Sequence record: SRR31156797_4606 | Strand: one strand, 5' to 3' | DNA: 51,587 bases | Shown: in pieces, positions 20,716-31,303 of the stretch | Layout: every line of letters begins with the position of its first letter | How positions within the stretch are numbered: position 1 is the first letter of the stretch | Notes under the pieces: model-generated | The model's database searches: none | Told to the model about the DNA's origin: nothing | Seen by the model: only the letters and a program-made list of their open reading frames with translations | Translations under genes and position numbers: made by a program

Positions 20716-21485
20716 TGCTTGCATTGCATTCTATATCTAAACAGTTCGGCGGCAACCAGGTGTTACAGAATGTAACGATTGACCTGGACGATAACGCACC
20801 GATTACCGGACTTATCGGGCCCAATGGCTCTGGGAAATCAACCCTTTTCAACGTTGTGATGGGCTTTTATTTTCAAGATAAGGGGACTGTCCACTTTAAC
20901 GGCAAACAACTTGATATGCTCCCCCCTGAAAAACGCTGTCACCAGGGCCTTTCCTGTACCTTTCAGGACAGCCGCATGCTTACCTTTATGACTGTAATCG
21001 ATAACCTGACAGCAATCCCAACGCCCCAAGCCGGTGAATCCCTGGTAAAGACTTTTTTTTCTCCTCAACAGGTCCGCCGCGAAGAAAAAGCCATCAAAGA
21101 AAAAGCTTACGAGATTCTAGACCTGCTTCACCTTAGCCGATTGGCCAAGGAACCAGCAGGCAGTCTCAGCTACGGACAGAGAAAATTACTGGAGATCGGC
21201 AGGGTAATGATGACTGATCCCAAACTGGTTCTGCTTGATGAACCCACAGCAGGTATCAACCCGACCCTTATCCAGTCACTGGTGGAAGTGCTACAAACAT
21301 TGGTACAAAGAGGGATGCGCTTTTTTTTGGTTGAACACAACATCCCGCTGGTAAGTCAGCTCTGTGACAGAGTGCTGGTGCTGGATGCAGGTGAACTCAT
21401 CTTTAATGGAACTGCTGAAGCAGCACGAAGGGACAAACAGGTCATACAGGCATATCTTGGGAGCGATGGCTATGTTGACGCTTGA
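20715..21485 (+). CDS. livG: LivG-like ABC ATPase
   Basis: GPNGSGKST; LSYGQRK; LLDEPTAG; VEH; VIQAYLG. Confidence 0.88.
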   Translation: MLALHSISKQFGGNQVLQNVTIDLDDNAPITGLIGPNGSGKSTLFNVVMGFYFQDKGTVHFNGKQLDMLPPEKRCHQGLSCTFQDSRMLTFMTVIDNLTAIPTPQAGESLVKTFFSPQQVRREEKAIKEKAYEILDLLHLSRLAKEPAGSLSYGQRKLLEIGRVMMTDPKLVLLDEPTAGINPTLIQSLVEVLQTLVQRGMRFFLVEHNIPLVSQLCDRVLVLDAGELIFNGTAEAARRDKQVIQAYLGSDGYVDA

Positions 21486-22173
21486 TTCTATTACAGCAGG
21501 ATACGGTGAACTCACTGTCCTGACGGAACTAAACGTCACCTTGAAGAAAGGGGAAACCGTTTGCCTTATTGGCCCAAACGGTGCCGGCAAATCAACGGTC
21601 TTACGGGTTGTGGCCGGTCAGCTGCGCCCGAGTCAGGGCAAGGTTCTGTTTAACGGCCAAAATATCTCAGGGAAAGACTGTTTTGAGAAAATAAAAATGG
21701 GCATTCTCTTTGTGCCCCAAGGACGCAACGTATTTCCCAGCCTCTCCCTCAAGGAAAATCTCAATCTAAGCCAGATTTTCATCTCGGAAGACCTCTTTAG
21801 ACAGCGTATGGAAACAGTCCTGGAAACGTTTCCGTGGATGAAGGACAAACTCGGTGACCCGGCAGGATCACTTTCAGGCGGGTTACGGCAGATGCTTGCA
21901 CTTTCAAGAATTCTGCTCTTATCTCCTCAGTTGGTTTTACTCGACGAACCTTCCCTTGGCCTCTCGCCTTTGATTGTGGATGAAGTTTTTGCTCTTATCT
22001 CGAGCCTCAACCAACAAGGCATTTCTTTTTTGCTAGTGGAACAAAATGCCCGCAAAGGCCTTTCTGTTGCTCACCGGGGTTATGTGCTGGAATCTGGAAA
22101 AAATAGACTGAGCGGCACTGGGCAGCAGCTCCTTAGAGACCCTGAGGTACAAAAACTTTACCTTGGTGGGTAA
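21472..22173 (+). CDS. livF: LivF-like ABC ATPase
   Basis: GPNGAGKST; LSGG; LLDEPSLGLSP; VEQN; LYLGG. Start moved to ATG 21472 (GGGAG RBS). Confidence 0.88.
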   Translation: MLTLDSITAGYGELTVLTELNVTLKKGETVCLIGPNGAGKSTVLRVVAGQLRPSQGKVLFNGQNISGKDCFEKIKMGILFVPQGRNVFPSLSLKENLNLSQIFISEDLFRQRMETVLETFPWMKDKLGDPAGSLSGGLRQMLALSRILLLSPQLVLLDEPSLGLSPLIVDEVFALISSLNQQGISFLLVEQNARKGLSVAHRGYVLESGKNRLSGTGQQLLRDPEVQKLYLGG

Positions 22174-22515
22174 GCCACTCTCCCCTCCCCCTCTTGCAAA
22201 ATCTGCTACCTCACTTCGAAGAGTTACCACCATGTCATCGCCAAGGGAACTCATCCGGCTCCCACCTTGTCGATGAGTTTAAAACTTAGCCAAAGTGCCT
22301 CAACAAAAGACGCAGGCTAAGAAGATTCAAGTTACTGACAAAAGTAACACGAGGAATTCAATTCAAGGACAGGGCAGTGAGCGGATTAAACCTGCAAAGG
22401 AGGACAAACTCGACAGCGCTGTCATTTGAGGATGTTTTTTACAAACGCCATTATGGATCACCACTCCAAATATTACCAAGGTATGGCCGTCTTGTAACTT
22501 GAAGTATGATCAGCC

Positions 22516-22899
22516 TTAGATAAAATTTGAGATTTCATCTATAGCGTCCCTTACTGTGATAGGTTTTGGAAGAAAAGCGTTCATCCCGGCCTTCGCACAT
22601 TGTTCTTGCAGACCACTCCTAGACGCGCCTGAAATACCTATAATGGGCGTGACCGTACGGTGCTGATCTTTCTCACGCTGCCTGATAACTCTAGTGGCTT
22701 CCAACCCATCGGTAAGCGGCATCTCGATATCCATCAAAATTACCCTAAAACTTCCCTGCTCCCACTTAGACACAGCTTCTTGCCCATTTATGGCAAACTC
22801 TGTACGGAACTCATACGTTTCAAGTAAATTTTTCAAGAAAGTACGGATCAACCGGTTATCATCGACAATCAATATAGGATCAGGAGAATTCGTTGCCAT
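22516..22899 (-). CDS. Single-domain response regulator (REC)
   Basis: ILIVDDN; ILMDIEMPLTDG; FLPKP. Confidence 0.88.
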   Translation of the reverse strand: MATNSPDPILIVDDNRLIRTFLKNLLETYEFRTEFAINGQEAVSKWEQGSFRVILMDIEMPLTDGLEATRVIRQREKDQHRTVTPIIGISGASRSGLQEQCAKAGMNAFLPKPITVRDAIDEISNFI

Positions 22900-22958
22900 A
22901 ATAAAACCTCTCTAAAAATGCAGATAACGCTACAAGCGTGCGAGTGTATTTCTTATTA

Positions 22959-22974
22959 TGAAAGAACCATGCCA
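22959..22974 (-). promoter_or_regulatory. Candidate sigma-54 (-24/-12) promoter for the single-domain REC gene
   Basis: Minus strand TGGCATGGTTCTTTCA versus consensus TGGCACG-N4-TTGCW: good -24, imperfect -12; 60 bp upstream of the start. Confidence 0.35.
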
Positions 22975-23203
22975 TCTGTAGTTATAATCCAATATTATAG
23001 AGGTACTGCGAATGAAAGTAAGGCTACGTTTAATTCACACTCAAGAAAGGCCACCTTTTGTTATAAGAGAGGAGAAAGAATTTGAATTCCTCGAATGATA
23101 AAACGTTTGCTTCTCTGTGACGTGCATGATGCAGTTAGGTGCGATTGCAAAGAATGTTGCGCAACTTTTATTTACAGCTGTCAATATTTATTTGCGCCTG
23201 CAC

Positions 23204-24628
23204 TTACTGCTTAGAGATACTATTCCTCTGAATATACTGACCTAAGGCTTGACGGGTTACCCCAAGAAGCTTGGCAGCTAAGGCAATACTGCCATTAGCA
23301 CGCTTTAATGCCTCTATAGACAGCATCTCTCTTGCCTCTTTTATAGTAGGTAAAATTGGCCCAAACGAAATGCTTGGGATTGTATCATCCGTTTCATTTC
23401 CGACCACCACTTTGGGACGAAATTGCCCTTGCATGACCAGACGAATGACATCAACACCAAGGTGTGAACCTTGCTGACGACTGACTGCATTTAAGATAAT
23501 TGCTTGCAATTCTCTAATGTTTCCCGGAAAAGAATGCTTTCTTAGATAAGGATAAATCTGAGGTGTCACGTTAAGCCCCTTCTTTCCAAGTTCACTTGCT
23601 GCTAACTGAAGAAAATGCTCAACCAATAACGGAAGATCATCAAAACGTTCCCGTAAAGGAGGGACTGTTACGTGATGCGTGTTAAGTCGATAATATAAAT
23701 CTTTTCTAAAAGTACCCTGTTCAACAAGATCGTCAAAATTTCTGTTTGTTGCCACAACGATTCTGGCATCGCATGTTCGCACCGCGTCTGACCCTAGGGC
23801 TAGGTACGTTTTTTCTTGCAACAAACGGAGTAATTTCAATTGAGAGGAATAACTTAAATCGCCAATTTCATCTAAGAAAAGGGTCCCACCTTCAGCTTCT
23901 TTTATCTGACCACCCCTGCTTGTATTAGCACCAGTATATGCACCTTTTACGTGTCCAAATAACGTATCAGAAAAAACTTCATCATCTACACCAGCGATAT
24001 TAACGGCAACAAATTTCCCTTTTCTTCCGCTCGCCATATGAATTGACTTGGCAACCAACTCTTTTCCTACACCTGTTTCTCCAGTAACTGCAACCACCTG
24101 ACTACTCAATGCTATGGTTTCTATATATCTAAAGAGAGCTAACATTGTCGTGTTTCTGGTAATCACATCATTGAAATACTCAAAATTAATAGGCTTTTCA
24201 TTTTTATTCTTATATCTCAGTGCTTTATTTTCGCGTCGCAAGTCTCTTAACTCAAGAGCTCCGCTTACCGAAGCAAGTAGCCTATCACTACACAGCGGCT
24301 TCTTTATGTAATCATAGGCCCCCTTCTTCATACACTTGACTACTACCTCCACTGAATCTCTTGCAGTAGCCATAACAATTGGAATTTCTGGAAAAGAAGA
24401 AGTAATCTCTTCAAGTAATTCCTCCCCATTTAAATGGGGCATTGTGATATCGAGTAAAATTAAAGATGCTCCTCCTTGCTTGAGCGTGTTTACGACCTGT
24501 CGACTATCTGAGAGAGAAAGAATATTATTATAGCCATTAATAACGAGAGTTCTCTCAATAGCCTCAGCCACATCCTGCTCGTCATCAACAACAAATATGG
24601 GTAAATCTGGTTGTAGAAATACACTCAA
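23204..24628 (-). CDS. Sigma-54-dependent response regulator (REC-AAA+-HTH, NtrC family)
   Basis: VVDDE; GETGVGKE; LFGHVKGAYTGA; LFLDEIG; FRKDLYYRL; FPGNIREL; C-terminal HTH. Confidence 0.93.
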   Translation of the reverse strand: MSVFLQPDLPIFVVDDEQDVAEAIERTLVINGYNNILSLSDSRQVVNTLKQGGASLILLDITMPHLNGEELLEEITSSFPEIPIVMATARDSVEVVVKCMKKGAYDYIKKPLCSDRLLASVSGALELRDLRRENKALRYKNKNEKPINFEYFNDVITRNTTMLALFRYIETIALSSQVVAVTGETGVGKELVAKSIHMASGRKGKFVAVNIAGVDDEVFSDTLFGHVKGAYTGANTSRGGQIKEAEGGTLFLDEIGDLSYSSQLKLLRLLQEKTYLALGSDAVRTCDARIVVATNRNFDDLVEQGTFRKDLYYRLNTHHVTVPPLRERFDDLPLLVEHFLQLAASELGKKGLNVTPQIYPYLRKHSFPGNIRELQAIILNAVSRQQGSHLGVDVIRLVMQGQFRPKVVVGNETDDTIPSISFGPILPTIKEAREMLSIEALKRANGSIALAAKLLGVTRQALGQYIQRNSISKQ

Positions 24629-26391
24629 ACCATATCCTCCACTGACACTGGAATTAATATTCTAAAAACACTACCAAGTCCCACGCTACTTTCAATCTCA
24701 AGATGATATTTCATTCTTTTTAATATACCATTACTAACCGAGAGCCCAAGCCCTGTCCCTTCACCAACCCTTTTTGTTGTATAAAAAGGTTCTAGACAAC
24801 GGTCTTTGGTAGTTTGATCCATACCAACACCGTTATCTTCAATCTCTAAAACGATAAGCTGACTACAGAGTTTCCTATGGTATTGAGACTGAAACCGAAT
24901 AGCATGTTCATCAGACTGCGACAGAGTTAATGTGACTGAAATTCTTTTACTGAATGTATTATTATTTTCAAAGCGGGCTTCAACAGCATGTCTTGCATTA
25001 GATAAAAGGTTTACAATCACTTGTTCAAATTGAGATTCATCACAGGCAACAACAGGTAATGTATCCCCAACAAGCACCTTAAACTCAATACCATTTTGCC
25101 TAAACTGCTCCTGAAAAAATACAATTGCATTCTCAAGGGGTTCTCTAAGGCATATTTTTTTTAATTTACCGGTAGGACCATGTGAAAAAGATCGTAGCCT
25201 CTCAACCAAAAGAGTTATTTTACCTACTTGTTTTTTTATGTTTCCCAAAATGCCTGATATAAAATGATCAGGAGAATTCGCCTCCAGATACTTTAACGCA
25301 TTTTCTGTATCTAAATTAATCACCGATAGTGGCTGATGAATCTCGTGCCCCATTCCAGAGGCCATCTCACCCAAAGCAGTGAGTCTACTCGAATGAGCTG
25401 CTTGTTCCTGCTGTAGAGTAAGCTCCTTTTCTAATTCTTCTTTCGCAATAGCTGTACCGATTAAAGTAGCAGAGGTTGTTAAGGCGTCAAGTTCGGGTTT
25501 GGACCACTCACGCTCGTTCCTGCAGTCCATAAACCCAAGAAATCCCCAAGTATCATTATCTACAGAAATAGGCATAAAGGCCAGTGACTTAATGCCAAAG
25601 CTGCTGAGCCAACGAGCTATATCACTATTAAAATCAATTGCATTGCCGCTTATATGTTCCAGCTGCAAAAAATATTGTAACCAGGCACTAACTGGCACTT
25701 CTTGATATATAAAATCTGGCAACACTTGATCTGGCAAACATTCGTGACTCCACCCAAAGAGCTGTCGCGCTTCTCGTTTTCCAGCAGAGTCGAAATGATG
25801 TTTAAAAACTTGCACCCTGCAGAGAGCTAAAGCAACACCGAGACGACCTACTAATTCTTCAGTGTGTGTTTCCCAGTCGTTCTTCAGCAGTAATTTTACT
25901 GCCATATCCGAAACTTCAGCCAGGACCAGATCCCTCCTCACCAATTTGGCTTCAAGTTGTTTCCGCTGGTATATATCTGTTTCAAGTTTTTTGATTAATT
26001 GATGATTTTGGACTCTTAGTAAATATTTTTCTTCAGCTCTTTTGAAAAGCTGTACTAAATCACGTTCTTCCCAGGGTTTGAGAACATACTGATAAATATT
26101 TCCTTTATTTATGGAGTCGATAATATCATCAGTATCCGTATAGGCCGTTAAGATAATCCTTACAACATCTTCATTTTGCTCCTTAATAGCTTCTAACAAT
26201 TCGACCCCAGACAACCCAGGCATACGCTGATCAGCAATGACTATTGCTATATTGGGGTTATCGTGAAAGAGTACAAGTCCTTCTTCACCTGATTTCGCCG
26301 TAATAACTTCATATTGCCTTTTAAAAGCAATTTGAAAATTGGTAAGGTTTGCTTGCTCATCATCGACGTACAAGATTTTAAATTTTGACAA
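24625..26391 (-). CDS. Cytoplasmic hybrid kinase (REC-GAF-HisKA-HATPase)
   Basis: ILYVDDE...ADQRMP; GAF-like WGFLGFMDC; GMGHEIHQPL; NLLSNA; PFYTTK...GTGLGL. TTG start with AAGGAG RBS. Confidence 0.9.
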   Translation of the reverse strand: MSKFKILYVDDEQANLTNFQIAFKRQYEVITAKSGEEGLVLFHDNPNIAIVIADQRMPGLSGVELLEAIKEQNEDVVRIILTAYTDTDDIIDSINKGNIYQYVLKPWEERDLVQLFKRAEEKYLLRVQNHQLIKKLETDIYQRKQLEAKLVRRDLVLAEVSDMAVKLLLKNDWETHTEELVGRLGVALALCRVQVFKHHFDSAGKREARQLFGWSHECLPDQVLPDFIYQEVPVSAWLQYFLQLEHISGNAIDFNSDIARWLSSFGIKSLAFMPISVDNDTWGFLGFMDCRNEREWSKPELDALTTSATLIGTAIAKEELEKELTLQQEQAAHSSRLTALGEMASGMGHEIHQPLSVINLDTENALKYLEANSPDHFISGILGNIKKQVGKITLLVERLRSFSHGPTGKLKKICLREPLENAIVFFQEQFRQNGIEFKVLVGDTLPVVACDESQFEQVIVNLLSNARHAVEARFENNNTFSKRISVTLTLSQSDEHAIRFQSQYHRKLCSQLIVLEIEDNGVGMDQTTKDRCLEPFYTTKRVGEGTGLGLSVSNGILKRMKYHLEIESSVGLGSVFRILIPVSVEDMV

Positions 26392-26476
26392 TTGTCACTC
26401 CTTTGATATGCCCAAGGATCTCTATCATTTGATTGCACCGCACCGAATTCTTCACCAACTGGCTATTAATGGTATG

Positions 26477-28216
26477 TTAAGGAGATTGAACAGGAAGAAT
26501 TATTTCAAAAGTTGCCCCTTTTCCTTGTTCACTGTGAACCTTTATATCACCACCTTGCTGCTTCACTATTGAGTAAGAAATACCCAGCCCAAGACCGGTC
26601 CCTTGCCCGACTTCTTTTGTTGTAAAAAAAAGATCGAATACCTTTTGTTTATCTTTTTCAGAAATACCAGAACCCGTGTCTGAAAAGAAAAGGTGAACAC
26701 TCTCATCGCGGCACTCAGTCGCAATGGTTATACTTCCTTTACCCTTTATTGCCTGGACAGCATTTTGTAGAATATTAAAAACTACCTGACTCATCCGTTC
26801 AGGCAGGCACTGCACAAGCGGTAACCCACCATATTCACGATGTACGATGACCTGTTGGAGTGATTCTTTATCCATAAAACCAATGGTAGTATTTATAAGA
26901 TTATGCAAATCCACAAAAACGTATTTTTCAGAACTTACTCTTGAGAATGTCCTCAAATCACTGACAATACGAGTAGTCCTCCTAATGCCTTCATCAACAT
27001 TTGCAAGTAACTGATCGATGGTTGGAAAAAGTTCATCAAAATAGATCTCCCCTTTAACAGCTTTGACCTCATTAACCCTCTTGTGCACTTCTTCGATAGT
27101 ATTCACCAGATCGAATTTATCGTAATAGCTGCATAACTCTTTGATCTCATCAAAAGAACGATGAAGCGATGGTAAAGCACTAGAGACAAAATTTATTGTA
27201 TTATTCATTTCATGGGCCACACCAGCAACTAACCGCCCCATGGCAGCAAGCTTTTCCTGTTGGATTAGCTGCTCCTGAGTATTCTGTAGATCAGTTAATG
27301 TCGTTGCCAACTCTGTATTAGTTTGTTTCAGTTTTACTTGTTCACTAAACAACTCCTGATTGACCTCGTTAAGCTGATGTGTGCGCTCTAAAACTTTCTT
27401 TTCTAAACTTTCATTCAATGATTCTATTCTCTCAAAAGAATAGGCCAAGGCATGAAATAGTTCATCATAGGTATCTTTCAAAAGTTCTATATCGCTAGGT
27501 CCTTCTGAGTTTGGTCTTTTCCTTTTTATCCTGGACAGCAAATCCTGCAACTGCCGAGTAAAAATGTGAATAACCACAACAATCAATAAGACATACACTG
27601 CTAAATATATGCTCGCAAAAAAACCGGTTTGAATAAGGATAGTGCTTATACTATCTCTATAACTATCTTTTGAAAAATGAACCGTGACGTACCCAACAAT
27701 TTCTTTATCTAATTTGTTTTGCGATGTTTCGACATACCACGTATCTTCGATATCCTTCTCTGCCTGAAAAAAAACTTGCCCACCGTACAAAAAAAAGTCT
27801 TCTGTTTCTTGAATAAAAATCTCACTTCCTCTTGTGTCATTAAGAATTCTCTGCAACGAAGGTTCACTCAAAGTAAACGACGTTTTGTGAGGGCCATTTT
27901 GGGTTTCCTGAAAGAGAAGCTTTTTATTTTTATTCCATATTGTTACTGCAACAATGTTCTGCTGAAGCATCAGCCCTTGTACGGGTATTACCATCTCATC
28001 AATATTCTCTATAAATATCGGAACCCGGATGGTATGAGCCAGCATTCTCACTAGACTTTTCCCCTGGAGATCTAAAGAAGACACATATGCTTTTTTCTGT
28101 ATATTTATCAGATAGAAATCCAAACACAGCACGATGACAGCCATGGGTACCACCAGGGTTACAATCATCCTGGCGCGGAAACTCTTAGGCAATGCAAGCC
28201 ATTTGCTAATCACCAC
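26477..28216 (-). CDS. Membrane sensor histidine kinase (NtrB-like) with periplasmic domain
   Basis: Two TM segments flanking a periplasmic region; coiled coil; GVAHEMNN; NILQNA; FFTTKEVGQGTGLGL. Confidence 0.9.
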   Translation of the reverse strand: MVISKWLALPKSFRARMIVTLVVPMAVIVLCLDFYLINIQKKAYVSSLDLQGKSLVRMLAHTIRVPIFIENIDEMVIPVQGLMLQQNIVAVTIWNKNKKLLFQETQNGPHKTSFTLSEPSLQRILNDTRGSEIFIQETEDFFLYGGQVFFQAEKDIEDTWYVETSQNKLDKEIVGYVTVHFSKDSYRDSISTILIQTGFFASIYLAVYVLLIVVVIHIFTRQLQDLLSRIKRKRPNSEGPSDIELLKDTYDELFHALAYSFERIESLNESLEKKVLERTHQLNEVNQELFSEQVKLKQTNTELATTLTDLQNTQEQLIQQEKLAAMGRLVAGVAHEMNNTINFVSSALPSLHRSFDEIKELCSYYDKFDLVNTIEEVHKRVNEVKAVKGEIYFDELFPTIDQLLANVDEGIRRTTRIVSDLRTFSRVSSEKYVFVDLHNLINTTIGFMDKESLQQVIVHREYGGLPLVQCLPERMSQVVFNILQNAVQAIKGKGSITIATECRDESVHLFFSDTGSGISEKDKQKVFDLFFTTKEVGQGTGLGLGISYSIVKQQGGDIKVHSEQGKGATFEIILPVQSP

Positions 28217-29126
28217 GTTCTCCGTCAGATGTTATTGAGACATCAAGCTTTTCAATCATCTTATAGTTAAGAATTGTTTTCACCTGTGGGGTAACAACCT
28301 TTCCTTGCGTTACTTTATTAAGCTGATATTGAGAGAGTATTTCTATCGCTAACAATGCTGCCCCCTGAGCTACCTGATCAATATCAAATGTTATGGCGAG
28401 AGTTGCCCCATGATTGACCAACTTTTCTGAAAAGGTGAGCAACGGGACTTTATTACTGATGGAAAACTGAAGATACGATTGAAGAGTCTTTTGGTTGGTA
28501 ACTGTAATGTCGGGCAACATCCAAAGCAGATCAATCTTGCCACGTAAAGATCGTATTACCCCTTGAACATCACGACTCTTATGCGCAGCAAGAAACGTAA
28601 ACTCCACCTCTGAATCAATACGCGACAAACTCTCAATAAAGCCAGCGCTATGAAGTGGATCATAGACAAGACCAATCCTGCTTACCTCCGGCAATCGACG
28701 TCGAATTTCCTTTAATTGCTCCAAAGGCGATGGAATCAAACCAATCCCGCTAACCAAAGGACGAGCACCAACTATTTTTTCAGGTGAAATAACTAAGAGG
28801 TGAACAATGGGTAAGTCTGGCACAGTCAAAGCTGCTTTGAGTGCTCGTGTGCCTAGAGCCAAGATAAGGTCAGGCCGCGTGAATTGTATCTGCTGGGGAA
28901 TTTTTTTTATATTTTCCCCTGAAACAATGATTTCTTGTATCTGATGGGGCTGGATCCTTTTAAATCCAGAGCTAGGAGAAAAACGACTAAAAGCTTGAAT
29001 AAACTCCTTCTGAATGTGGTCGTTCAGAGTATTTTGGCTGCCTTTGAGTATAACAATCTCATTACCCGACACAATATCTGCCAGGACAAAAAAAATAATG
29101 AGGAAAAAAGCAACCAACCTTTTCAT
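28206..29126 (-). CDS. Periplasmic ABC_sub_bind-type substrate-binding protein with no neighbouring permease
   Basis: Signal peptide; PDLILALG; RIGLVYDP; DLLWMLPD; VNHGATLAI. Overlaps the kinase start by 11 bp. Confidence 0.8.
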   Translation of the reverse strand: MKRLVAFFLIIFFVLADIVSGNEIVILKGSQNTLNDHIQKEFIQAFSRFSPSSGFKRIQPHQIQEIIVSGENIKKIPQQIQFTRPDLILALGTRALKAALTVPDLPIVHLLVISPEKIVGARPLVSGIGLIPSPLEQLKEIRRRLPEVSRIGLVYDPLHSAGFIESLSRIDSEVEFTFLAAHKSRDVQGVIRSLRGKIDLLWMLPDITVTNQKTLQSYLQFSISNKVPLLTFSEKLVNHGATLAITFDIDQVAQGAALLAIEILSQYQLNKVTQGKVVTPQVKTILNYKMIEKLDVSITSDGERGD

Positions 29127-29323
29127 AAAAAGTGACTATTTATTGCATACATTGAACAGAACAATACAAAATACGCGTCAACAAAAGTTGACACTTCTAT
29201 TATCCATCTATACAAACCTGATTAATCTTGCAAAAAGCTTAAATATTAGACAGTAAGATGGTGACCTTGTACACTCGGTTACTCTTTGTAACCGGATTCA
29301 GTCAATTATAATATACAGATAAT

Positions 29324-31240
29324 ATGAAAGAAGCATGCCAAACCACATGTAAAATTTTATTATGGGTAGTTATCATTACAGATGGGGTTGCCTGGGCAGC
29401 ATCAGAAAAAGCTCGAGAGGAAGAACTACTTTCATTATATTTTGATGAGAAACAACTCGTTGAAGCATCAACCCATTCCCTTAAGCCGATTAATTATGTT
29501 GCCGAAAACGTAACTATTGTCACACAAAAAGAAATCGAAGCCATGCATGCTCATACCCTGGCAGACGTTCTCAAACGTCAATCGGGTGTATTTACACATT
29601 ATTTTGGCCAAGATTATTTTGGCGATGCAAGCATATTATTACAAGGCTCCCAAAGGCATCATGTTTTATTTTTGCTTGACGGGGTACGTTTAAATCAAAA
29701 TTCCAGTGGCTTTGCTGTTACCAACTTCATTCCACTGGGTATAATCAAACGAATTGAAATTATAAAAGGGGCAGCCTCCTCCACCTGGGGCTCTGCTCTT
29801 GGTGGCGTTGTTAATATTATTACCAAAGAGACTGGCGATACCCCCAAACCAACCGGACAAGTCAATGCGAGTTATGCTGAATCAAACAGCTACGATTTGA
29901 GTGCTGACAGTGCCGGCAAGATTGAGCGACTTAGCTACTATCTCTATGGCGGCAAGTTAAATTCAGATGGCTTGGCAGTCGATAGGTATGCCACGCGTGA
30001 CGCCCTATACGGTAAACTCCAATTCCAACTTACCCCAAAATCTCAACTGTCTTTTAGCGGTGGATACAGTGATCCTTTTTACAAGGGATTAAACTGGCAA
30101 AATGCCTGGGACATTGACCAACTTAATATCTATGAAGACATAGATCAGAAAAATATATGGGGCACCCTCTCCCTTGATACCGAAATATACAAAAACACGT
30201 CTCTTCATCTTGCTTTCCAACATTTTGACACCACCCATAACATCAATAGATATTCCCTTGGCAGTGGAGTTGGCGGGGGACAGGGAACTCTGATCTATGG
30301 ACAAGAATGGCAAGATGAATCGACTAATTTTACCAGCAGAGTCTCCTGGGCAGGAGAATCAATCACCACCAATATTGGCTTTGAAATAAATCAAAGCGAA
30401 ATGGTTTATGTAAATCGCTTAGGAGCGTTTTTTGATGGCCCAACAGCCACCACAGATCCACCAGTTTCAGAAGATAGATATGGTATCTATGGCAACTTCA
30501 CGTATGTGAATGGTGACCTCTCACTTACCCCAGGAATACGATACGATGACCATTCTAACTCTGAAGAATCAGTAAGCCCATCACTTGGTGCAACGTATCA
30601 AGTCACCCCTGATACTCTTTTCCGGGCCATGGTCGCCAAAGGTTTTTCAGCACCTTATTTGAAAGCTTCTTCCCATTCTCCAGGCCTCAAACCAGAAAAG
30701 TTATGGACGTTTCAGGCTGGAGTTGAAACAGCAATCATTCCTGCCATACATTTTAAAGGAACACTCTTTCAGCATAACATTGATGATGCTTGGGAACTCG
30801 TTGATCCATGGACAAATACCGGATCATCACAACTCAATGGTTTTGAAATAGAAGCAATAACGCGTGAATTTTATGGGCTCAGCTTAACAGGCAACTTTAC
30901 CTTTACCTCCTATGATAGAGACGAAACTGAAAATAGCGCCTCTAGTGATGATGAAACCTACACAGGCAATGCCATCTTCTCCTATCAAATCCCCACCTTG
31001 GGCTTAAGAGCAGAACTTGCCGGTCATTACTACTGGATAAGTGATGAGTTACAAAACGAATTACCTGTACATGGAACTTTTTTGTGGGACCTCTTGATCG
31101 CTAAAAATTTTGAATATGCTGAATTGAGTGGTAAATTGTATATCAAAGGATATAATATTTTTAATGAGTCACAATATTTTGATTATGAATATCCTAATCC
31201 TGACCGATGGGTGGAAATAGGTATTACCCTAAAGTATTGA
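29324..31240 (+). CDS. TonB-dependent receptor
   Basis: Signal peptide; VLFLLDGVRLN; IKRIEIIKGAASSTWGSALGGVVNIITK; C-terminal YNIFN...GITLKY. Confidence 0.9.
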   Translation: MKEACQTTCKILLWVVIITDGVAWAASEKAREEELLSLYFDEKQLVEASTHSLKPINYVAENVTIVTQKEIEAMHAHTLADVLKRQSGVFTHYFGQDYFGDASILLQGSQRHHVLFLLDGVRLNQNSSGFAVTNFIPLGIIKRIEIIKGAASSTWGSALGGVVNIITKETGDTPKPTGQVNASYAESNSYDLSADSAGKIERLSYYLYGGKLNSDGLAVDRYATRDALYGKLQFQLTPKSQLSFSGGYSDPFYKGLNWQNAWDIDQLNIYEDIDQKNIWGTLSLDTEIYKNTSLHLAFQHFDTTHNINRYSLGSGVGGGQGTLIYGQEWQDESTNFTSRVSWAGESITTNIGFEINQSEMVYVNRLGAFFDGPTATTDPPVSEDRYGIYGNFTYVNGDLSLTPGIRYDDHSNSEESVSPSLGATYQVTPDTLFRAMVAKGFSAPYLKASSHSPGLKPEKLWTFQAGVETAIIPAIHFKGTLFQHNIDDAWELVDPWTNTGSSQLNGFEIEAITREFYGLSLTGNFTFTSYDRDETENSASSDDETYTGNAIFSYQIPTLGLRAELAGHYYWISDELQNELPVHGTFLWDLLIAKNFEYAELSGKLYIKGYNIFNESQYFDYEYPNPDRWVEIGITLKY

Positions 31241-31303
31241 TCGTTCTTGATTTTTCTTCTCAGAACATTGGGCTCAGTTAAAAAAACTTTCATGGAGACA
31301 AGG

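Noticed and set aside
22247-22280. Hairpin AACTCATC...GATGAGTT downstream of livF as an ncRNA
   Set aside because: Only an 8-bp stem with a long loop and no recognisable family features.
29127-29323. Cobalamin riboswitch, Fur box or sigma-54 promoter ahead of the island TBDR (and 3632-3880 for the first TBDR)
   Set aside because: I could not find a B12-box, GATAATGATAATCATTATC-like or TGGCAC-N5-TTGC match by eye.
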